From Octopus sinensis (taxonomy: Eukaryota): a DNA stretch of 17,804 nt. Location: contig NW_021825069.1 of NCBI RefSeq assembly GCF_006345805.1, forward strand, positions 1-17,804, given 5' to 3'. The notes below the pieces were generated by a model. The model had not been told where the DNA came from, searched no databases, and saw only the letters and a list, made by a program, of their open reading frames with translations. A program made the position numbers and the translations under genes. Of this stretch, positions 9,957 to 17,804 are shown piece after piece (position 1 is the stretch's first letter; every line of letters begins with the position of its first letter).

Positions 9957-10013
9957 TTTGAGCATTAAGCAAGTAGACTGGATATGACTGGTTTGAATTT
10001 TGAAGGAACAAAC
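9957..10013 (+). mobile_element. Degenerate right-end fragment of the TTAA-type MITE family
   Basis: TTTGAGCATTAAGCAAGTAG...GGTTTGAATTTTGAAGG resembles 10494-10529 (TTTTAACATAAAACAAATAGTTTGAATGCTAAAGGG). Confidence 0.4.
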
Positions 10014-10021
10014 AAGCACAT

Positions 10022-10533
10022 ATAACCGTTTAGCATTCGGATTACTTCATCAAAGTACACAGACCATGGATTGCACCTAGAAAGTTACTCTCCAGGCACA
10101 AGTCCGGGCAAGGTTGTTTATAGAAGACCAGCAGTGGCCCATGCATACCAGCCTCCCCTCTCCACAGAAACAGTTAGAGAATGTTGTGGTGAAAGAGTAC
10201 AGCAAGGTTCACCCCCACTGCCGGAGCCACGTGGAGCTTTAGGTGTTTTCATTCAATAAACACTCACAATGCCCGGTCTGGGAATCGAAACCGCGATCCT
10301 ACGACCGCGCGTCCGCTGCCCTAACCACTGGACCATTGCGCCTCCACCTCATCAAATATAATACTTAATTTTTCACATTGTACTGAATTAATCACGCATT
10401 TTCTTGTAGTTTTGACATTTCAGTTTCGATGATGTGATTGTATATTTGTAGAATGACATAGTAAAACAGGTGTGAGAGGCCTCACCTGGTCAGTTTTAAC
10501 ATAAAACAAATAGTTTGAATGCTAAAGGGCTAA
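10022..10533. mobile_element. piggyBac-like non-autonomous element (MITE) interrupted by a SINE
   Basis: TIRs CCGTTTAGCATT (10026-10037) and AATGCTAAAGGG (10518-10529) match 11/12. Flanks ATAA and CTAA are each one mismatch from a TTAA target site. CCC...GGG ends with TTAA are typical of piggyBac. Confidence 0.8.
10055..10348 (-). mobile_element. SINE family 3 (tRNA-derived) nested in the MITE
   Basis: Minus strand starts GGAGGCGCAATGGTCCAGTGGTTAGGGC; A box at 10325-10335, B box GTTTCGATTCC at 10281-10291. Flanked by the direct repeat TCATCAAA at 10047-10054 and 10349-10356 (target-site duplication). Confidence 0.92.
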
Positions 10534-10703
10534 GCCTCATTTTCGTTTTCTTAACCGTCGAATTTGACCGCGACGAGAATATCGCAAACGGTTGAACTCA
10601 TCGTTTTATCAACTGTAGCACACTTCACACGAAACACCTAATTCTTAATATTCAACTCACAATTAAAAAAAAATATATTGTATAGTTAATATACTCCGTC
10701 CAG

Positions 10704-10745
10704 GTACCGCAATGTCATGTCATGAAAGAACTTGTATTAGTCTAG
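10704..10745 (+). CDS. Candidate 42-nt symmetric (phase 1-1) exon (unverified)
   Basis: Acceptor actccgtcCAG|G and consensus donor AG|GTAAGT (10746-10751). The phase-1 frame is open: TAMSCHERTCISL. No homology recognised. Confidence 0.25.
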   Translation, partial: VPQCHVMKELVLV

Positions 10746-10927
10746 GTAAGTTAATTAAATCCAGTGGAAGGATTGCAAATAAATGAGTATTAACAAGAAA
10801 AAAGAAAGGAGAAAAAAGCGAAACAGAATCAAAATACTTATCATAACCAGAGAACGTCCCTTGTTAACTGTTTATCGGATGTCAACGTTATTTCGACACC
10901 ATAATAGACCTATATATGTAAGATATG

Positions 10928-10979
<52 letters not shown>

Positions 10980-11138
10980 GGTTGGGCTGACCAGAAGTCA
11001 TTCGGGACTTTGCTGAAATAGATTTGGTCATAGATCTGACCGATCGTCGCTGACCGCGAGTGTAACGACAACAATGGCACTAACAGAAATAACAACAGCA
11101 GCAATAGTAAAATTTCACACGAAGTATCTAGTACACTG

Positions 11139-11361
11139 TACCAGAAGGAGTGCTGGACAGTTTCTAGCTTTTTCGGTGTTGCGAAGGGCCGGTTTGGAGA
11201 TCAAAAACCTCCGAGTTCTTTTACTTGGCTCAGAAAAACTGAAGGACCAAATGCAATAAGTGTGTGAATCTGAGAGGGGGGAAATGTTGAATTAAATAAT
11301 TGACTGATTCTCCGGTATACTATTCTGCCCAAATCCAGGAACTTTTAAGCACCCTTTCGTA
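11139..11361 (+). mobile_element. Mariner-derived non-autonomous element, copy 1
   Basis: TA-bounded. Right TIR AAATCCAGGAACTTTTAAGCACCCTTTCGTA (11331-11361) is an imperfect inverse of 11139-11171. Interior encodes a frameshifted EKLKDQ/CNKCVNLRG, like the mariner transposase C-terminus (KL..RW.KC....G.Y.E). Confidence 0.8.
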
Positions 11362-11388
11362 TACACACACACACACACACAAACAGAC

Positions 11389-11607
11389 ATAAGGTGTGCT
11401 GAAAAGTGCCTGACTTTAAGGATACCGCGAAAGGCCCATTTGGAAGCAAAACCTTCCAATTTCTTTTAGTAGTCTTGGAAAAACTGAAGGACCGCTGCGA
11501 TAAGTGTGTGGATCTGAGATGGGGAATATGCTGAATAAATTATAATTAACTGATCCTTCAGCGTTTTCATTTCACCAAAGCCAGAAATATTTCAACAGCC
11601 CATCATG
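11389..11607 (+). mobile_element. Mariner-derived non-autonomous element, copy 2 (tandem)
   Basis: Left end AGGTGTGCTGAAAAGTGCCTGACTTT and right end AAAGCCAGAAATATTTCAACAGCCC. 11478-11538 reads EKLKDRCDKCVDLR(+1 T)GEYAE*. Colinear with copy 1. Confidence 0.82.
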
Positions 11608-11927
11608 GAGGTCTTCAGCTACTGCAACCTCCACTGCCGACGCCGCCGACGCCGTCGACGCCGCTGCTGTTGTTGTTGTTGTTGTTGTTGTCGTATCTTG
11701 TTCCTGACTAACTTAATGCATCAAGTGCAATCAAATGATGCCGCGTAATCTGTCAATGAACATGCAATTATTATTCACACCAGTTATTGATGTCAGTCAG
11801 AGAGACAGAACCTCCCCCCCCGTTCCGTAGACAGACAGAAATGTCTACAGCCGATTGCTTCTCTGAACCAACTTTACTGTTTCTCTTCCATTCGCATCGA
11901 TGTTTCCTCATTCCCTCCATCACAGCC

Positions 11928-12225
11928 ACACACACACACACACACACGTATACACACGTATACATTGGCTCACACATACACATTGCTTACCTTCCTCACA
12001 TTTGCACTGTCTGTTTTTCTCTCCCCACTCGCTTCTTTCTCTCCTCTCGCTTTCTCTCTCACACTTTCTCACTCTCTCTCTCTCGCTCTCTCTCTCTCAC
12101 TGGCGTTCACAAACTCCCGCCAATAAGCATGTATCTCGTTTGTACATTCATGTATACATGTATATAAAAATATTCAAAGCGCAGTTCGTATACATATGTA
12201 TAAATATGTATATATATATATATAT

Positions 12226-12278
<53 letters not shown>

Positions 12279-12572
12279 TATGTATATGTAATATATATAC
12301 ATTTATATATATAATATATATACATATATATTTGTATCAAAAAATATTTATGTATATGCATATATATATATATATATAATCATATATATGAATGTATATA
12401 TACATATGTATATATGTATATATATATAATAATTATATATATATATATAAATACATACACACACAAACACATACACAAACATATATATATTATATATATA
12501 TACACACACCACACACACATATATGTATACATGCACACGCACACACACAAATAAATACCCAATCACACACGC

Positions 12573-12625
<53 letters not shown>

Positions 12626-12650
12626 CATACGTGTATATGTATGTTTGTAT
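11928..12650. repeat. Compound (CA)n, (CT)n, (TA)n, (TG)n microsatellite field
   Basis: Direct reading. Confidence 0.93.
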
Positions 12651-13035
12651 GTATTTGCAGCCGCTTTCATATACTGACGCACGCTCAAAGATCTGCGCAA
12701 CGATGTGTGTAGAGAACGGTAGATAATTGTTGCTAAAATTCATTCCTAGATTGGCTCATGGCGAGCAATTAGACGAGGAAGCAGTTAATGATGTGAACTA
12801 TTCGAGTGCGCCCTCTAGTGCCAGCTTCCATGCCTTTATCGTTCAGCATTGTATTTAATCTGCAGCGGTTCCCTTTCACTCGTTCCACTAATCAAGCCGT
12901 ACGAGTCATCATTATTTTAGCCGCTTACCGACAGCTCTTAATGCTTTCATCTGTAACAGTCATCAACAAACTACCGCCTTTCATTATATTTACATATTCT
13001 AAACCGCCACCTAACTCTGACTCGCTCTTTACGTT

Positions 13036-13048
13036 ACATACATATAAA

Positions 13049-13088
<40 letters not shown>

Positions 13089-13407
13089 TAGATATATATA
13101 TATATGTATGTATATATATATATATACATATATATATAGATATATATATATATATGTATGAATATATATATATAGTATGTATATATATATGTATATATAT
13201 AATATATGTATGTATGTTATATGATATATAATATATATATATATTATATATATATATATATAATATATGTGTGTATATGTATGTATATGTATATGTATGT
13301 ATGTATCTTGCTCTTTATCTCACATCATTTCCTCTGTCTTGTCTATCTCTCCCTACTCCCCGAGTCTACCTACTCTCCTTCTGTGTCTCTCTCTCACCTA
13401 ACACACA

Positions 13408-13463
<56 letters not shown>

Positions 13464-13716
13464 TATTGCTTAATTGCTTTCACCTTTGCTCTATCAATCT
13501 GTATTTCCTTAACCCAGTTCGTGATACACACACACACATACTCACACACACACACACACACACATGCATACATTTTTCTCCATATTTTAAAATATCCGAC
13601 ATGTTATTCCTGTCTTCCATTCAAGCTTAAATCATCTCTTATCGGTTATGTTTTCCTTTGCCTGCCTCGTATCTCTCTCTTTCTCTCTCTTTCTTCCTCT
13701 CTCACTCTTTTCCTTA

Positions 13717-13747
<31 letters not shown>

Positions 13748-13814
13748 TATAGATACATATATATATATATACATATATATGTATACATATATATATATAT
13801 ATATATACATATTT

Positions 13815-13845
<31 letters not shown>

Positions 13846-14013
13846 CACATATACATATATATAATACATAGATATATAATATATGTGTATATATATATCT
13901 ATATCTATACAAACATACTATCTATCCTCGCTCCCTCTCTCTGTCTCTCTCTCACTCTCTCTCTCTATATGTATACATGGTAGTATATATATATGTATAC
14001 ATAATATATATAT

Positions 14014-14050
<37 letters not shown>
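13036..14050. repeat. Compound (TA)n/(TATG)n/(CA)n/(CT)n microsatellite field
   Basis: Direct reading. Confidence 0.93.
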
Positions 14051-14052
<2 letters not shown>

Positions 14053-14744
14053 CCACGCACTCACATACGAATCTGTGTATATTATATTCCTTTCTTAATG
14101 GTCTGTTAGACTTCAATTGTGACACACAGACACACAAGCTCACACACAATCTTGTTTCTAAATATATTCCTCACTTTCCTTCACATATCTGTCCATATTC
14201 ACCAATTAGCCCTGACTCTCCCTCTCTCTCTCTCTCTCCTACTATCTTTCTGTTGCTCTTCATCTTTCCTTCTATTTCCTCCTCGATTTTGTTCTTCATT
14301 TCTATCTGTCTATTCTTATTTCATACCTAGAAACACACACATACGTACACGCGTCCACTTGCACCTACACACACACATACAAATACACACATATACACAC
14401 ATCATAATTTCATAACTTCACCATCAATCTATCTCTCCAGTTTCTGCATTTCTCTCCCCCCTCTCTCTCTCCAATTATTTTTTTCTCTAAATCACCCGTA
14501 TTTCTCCTCTACCACTCTTGTCTTTTCTCTTTATCCCTCCCAACATCGCTCTAACCATTCCAACCCACAAACTCGTATTCGTCTTCTTTTCTCTTTTCTT
14601 TACGTTTAGTGATTCTCTTCTTTTATCGACAACTTACCAAGAATGAAGAAGACCTTTTGCTGAGGAGGCCTAATAACACAGAACCATGTCCTGTGTTGTC
14701 GCTGTATTTGCAAAACTCAGAATATATTGATGTCATCCAAAAGA

Positions 14745-14936
14745 GGCGCAGCAGTCGCTATATGGTAAGAAGCTTGCTTCTCAACCACATGATTCCGGGT
14801 TCAGTCCCACTGTATGGCACCCTGAACAAGTGCCTTCTACTATAGCCTCGGGCCAACCAAACCCTGTGGGTGGATTTGATAGAAGGAAACTGAAAGAAGT
14901 GTGTCGTTTATATATATAGATATCTGAGTGTATGTT

Positions 14937-14972
<36 letters not shown>

Positions 14973-15136
14973 TGTGTATGTGTGTGTGTGTCTGTGTTTG
15001 TTCCCGTAACATCGCTTGACAACCGACGCTGGTGTGTTTACGTTCCCGTAACTAAGCGGCTCGGCGAAAGAGGCCGATAAAATAAGTACTAGGCTTACAA
15101 AGAATAAGTCCTTGGGTCGATTGCTTCGGCTAAAGG
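14745..15136 (+). mobile_element. SINE family 1 with internal (TG)n, 3'-truncated
   Basis: GGCGCAGCAG...CCACATGATTCCGGGTTCAGTCCC head, microsatellite, then 3' half ending GGGTCGATTGCTTCGGCTAAAGG. Lacks the terminal ~45 nt present in the 6321-6750 copy. Confidence 0.92.
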
Positions 15137-15452
15137 TCTAAGCCTAGTACTTATTCTGCCGATCTCTTTTTTGGTGAACCGCTATGTTACGGGGACGTAA
15201 ACATACAAGCATCGGCTGTCAAGCGATGGTGAGTGATGACAAACACAGACACACAAATACACACAAAGAGAGACACACACATACCTATACGACAGGTTTC
15301 TTTCAGTTTCCGCCTACCAAATCCACTCACAAGGCTTTGGTCGGCTTGAAGCTATAGTAGAAAACACCTGCCCAAAGTGCCACGCAGTGGGACTGAACCC
15401 GGAACCAGGTGACTGGGAAGCATGCTTCTTACCACACAGCCATCTTCTGCGC
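15137..15452 (-). mobile_element. SINE family 1, 3'-truncated, tail-to-tail with the preceding copy
   Basis: Reverse complement aligns with 14745-15097; head at about 15290-15452. Confidence 0.92.
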
Positions 15453-15453
15453 T

Positions 15454-15577
15454 TGTATTAATAAATTGTTAATATGTTTTGCATATTGTAGAAATACAAC
15501 CAATTTATTACACCTAAATTTTATGAAACCCTTATGTGGACCCTAAGGATCATATGGATTCCAGTTGAGAACCACTG
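15454..15577 (-). mobile_element. Single terminus of a hAT (Charlie-like) non-autonomous DNA transposon
   Basis: Minus strand begins CAGTGGTTCTCAAC (15564-15577), the terminal motif typical of hAT-Charlie MITEs, followed by subterminal GGAATCCATATGATCCTTAGGGTCCAC. Partner end not found. Confidence 0.6.
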
Positions 15578-15578
15578 A

Positions 15579-16443
15579 ACTAAAGAATTATTTAAAAAAG
15601 CAACTCCATATTATAGTAAGGCTTTAGAAGATAGCGACTTTACAGATAAGATTTTTTATAAGCCTCTTCCTTCTCAACAATCTTGACGTTGGAATAAATC
15701 CGGTAAAATGTTATTTTATTGCTCCATCTGTCTTTCTAAATGTTAAAACAAATAAAGGTGGAAGATTTTTACACTAATTACATAAACACTTTTCCCATTA
15801 GCATAGGTATTATATTCTGTTGTGTCTGGAGAGAGTCATTCTCTTTTAGTGCCTTATAATTTAACACACTCACCGGTAAATATGCTTCGACACAAGAACT
15901 CACATAAAAAAATCTTGCAAAGCAAATCCAAAAACGAAATAGGTATTATAAGATATTTAATAATTTGTGTTACAACACATAGTTCTGTCGCTGTATCGTG
16001 GACACCTATATCAACAATTAGCTGATACTTCGAGTTAACTCTGGATTTACATGCACAGTTTTGGGGTAGGCATGTGATATATTCTCTGTTGTTTATAGGA
16101 CACAATGAAGAGCGAGCTACAACAGTGACAGGATAGAAACCCAGCGCTATACAGGACCCATGCAAAGAAAATTTAAATCCAGATAAAACAGCGATCTTTC
16201 TTCTTTTGGGTACCTCGAGAAGACATACTACAATCCTCTCGGCATTAATCTGAAGACTAAAGACGTAGTCAGCAAGGCTTATACATCGACTGAAAGTTTC
16301 GTTTCAAAACCAAACCTGATATAAAAGGATCAAAACATGCCCCGCGTGCTCACGGGAAATCTTTATCTTTCGAAGAACCGACGAACTACCAGGGACCGCA
16401 TAAACACCAAGAGGGAAATTTTCTCACTTGTTCAAACTTTATG
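15579..16443 (+). pseudogene. Decayed Penelope-like retroelement ORF fragment: RT C-terminal/linker region plus GIY-YIG endonuclease
   Basis: Colinear Penelope/Poseidon-type motifs across stops and frameshifts: ELFKKATPYYSKALEDSDFTDKIFY (from 15585); LNVKTNKGGRFLH*LHKHFSH (from 15736); NM...NSHKKIL (~15878-15918); SVVYR (16085-16099); YTG (16148-16156); FKSR*NSDLSSF (16172-16207); TTILSALI*RLK (from 16227); CPAC..E (16338-16358); INTKREIFS (16400-16426). Confidence 0.88.
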
Positions 16444-16941
16444 AAGTATATTCTAGCGAGAGTGAAAGATAAAACTTCAGACAGATAGAAACCCATTAAA
16501 AGATACAGGGATATTATGGCAGCCTAAATGAGGTTTGACTGTAGGCAATGTATCGCCTAAGCTGGTACAGGTACAACAGAATAACAGTGAGGTAAACAAC
16601 AGGTATCGGATCAGGTTATGATATATATGTATTGCCTATGATGTAGCCACTAAAGGAGAAGAAACTGGTTCACTTCATACCAAAGGAACACACGGAAATA
16701 AATCTGTGATATAATGCCAAAAACTGGATTTGAAACAGAAAAGTTGTTAAACAACGACACGTTGCCAACGAAACGATACGGCTAGTTGCAGATTACTTCT
16801 CTCAAACGCCCCAACTGTGTCTCTTTTTTTTCTTCTTTTCTTTTTTCTTTTTTCTCTGACATTTAGGAAACCTCATTAGATATATCTATCAAGCATTCTG
16901 CAACTGTCTAACTCAATTCTTCTGTTTCTTTAACTAATGAG

Positions 16942-16986
16942 CAAATGGATACCGAAACTAAAAACCGAGCCGAAGCTCGAAAGAAT
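16942..16986 (+). CDS. Candidate 45-nt phase 0-0 exon, or start exon from ATG 16945 (unverified)
   Basis: Pyrimidine tract then AG (16940-16941); consensus donor GTAAGT (16987-16992). Reads QMDTETKNRAEARKN, which is charged and helical-looking. No secure homology. Confidence 0.25.
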
Positions 16987-17079
16987 GTAAGTTCTGGTAT
17001 TTCCAACAGATTTTCTGGGGTGGAGTTACTTCAAAACAATGATTCCCCGCTGTGATTCAAACATTGCTACCCTCAATGT

Positions 17080-17640
17080 TGTTGTGGTTGCGGTTGTTGT
17101 TGTTGTTGCTGTTGTGTTCACCATTGCTGACGTTGTTATTTTTGTTACTGTTGTTGTTGTTCGTCGTTTTCTTTATTACTTTAGTTGTTGTTGTTGTTGT
17201 TCTTCTTCTTCTTCTTGTTCTTGCTGTTGTTGTCTTTTTTATTGTTGTCGTTCTTCTTGTCGCTGTAGTCATTGCTTCCATTGCCGTTGTTGTTGTAATT
17301 GTTGTTGTTATTGTCGTCTGTTCCTGTTTTCATTCTGACGATACTTTTTTTTCCTCCATATTAAAGTTCTTTCGATTTCATTATTACTGTGCATTTTTCC
17401 CCCCTTTTTTCTCTTTATTTATTTACCTTTTGTTGTTGTTGTTGTTCTGTTTCCTCCCTTCAGGGTGGCGTTATGGCTTTTCTGATGTGTTGATTGCTAT
17501 GTTGTTGTTCTCATTTCTGCTTTTGTTGATGATCCCGACGTTGTTGTTGCTATTGCTGTCAATGACGTCCATTTTAATTGTTTCTAAGTTATTTTTCATT
17601 TTTACAATAATTGTTATGTCAGCTTAGTGATTGGATTAGC
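17080..17640. repeat. Degenerate (GTT)n/(CTT)n low-complexity region
   Basis: Direct reading; source of the hydrophobic or Cys-rich ORFs at 17039-17627. Confidence 0.9.
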
Positions 17641-17804
17641 CGAACGTCGCCGCTTATTTCATTCCATTGACATTATTCAAACATTATCAGCATTATCCTT
17701 GTACTTGTGCCAAATAAAAAAAAATGTCATTATTATCAACATTTCGTGTTTCTTTCTTTTCTTTTCTTCTTGCTTATTATCTTCTTTCCTCCTCCTTTCG
17801 CGCC

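Noticed and set aside
9821-10348. tRNA-like sequences with A and B boxes
   Set aside because: They are SINE heads: no complete acceptor stem, and they continue into repeat bodies, most with other copies in this window.
12929-14701. Minus-strand exon candidates at 14638-14701 and 12929-12950 with GTAAG donors
   Set aside because: Cannot be joined into a recognisable peptide; signal density is within chance expectation.
15854-16165. Minus-strand 103-aa Cys-containing ORF
   Set aside because: It is the antisense of the decayed Penelope ORF, whose motifs are on the + strand.
17039-17627. Hydrophobic 191-aa and Cys-rich 99-aa ORFs resembling membrane or metallothionein-like proteins
   Set aside because: Produced by degenerate (GTT)n/(CTT)n repeats read in different frames.

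Overview
This is repeat-saturated, AT-rich, non-coding eukaryotic DNA. The repeat families match those I recall from Octopus (coleoid cephalopod) genomes; this is inferred from recognition, not from a search. There is no intact protein-coding gene or RNA gene, and almost all ORFs in the supplied track are translations of microsatellites. Supported content: (i) a decayed Penelope-like retroelement fragment (RT C-terminal/linker region plus GIY-YIG endonuclease, about 15579-16443, +); (ii) two orphan Penelope-type terminal fragments with variant minimal hammerhead-ribozyme cores (605-640, 6153-6185); (iii) three tRNA-derived SINE families in many copies, including a tail-to-tail inverted pair forming a ~700 bp foldback (14745-15452), a copy with its 3' half flipped (4238-4578) and a SINE nested in a TTAA-type MITE; (iv) two tandem mariner-derived MITEs that keep the transposase C-terminus; (v) a hAT-type terminus; (vi) a probable non-LTR retrotransposon 3' end with a G-quadruplex motif; (vii) weaker relics resembling a Merlin/IS1595-type transposase and an RTE LINE 5' UTR; (viii) many long microsatellites. 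A few short AG/GT-bounded + strand segments could be exons of a large host gene, but the sequence alone cannot establish this.
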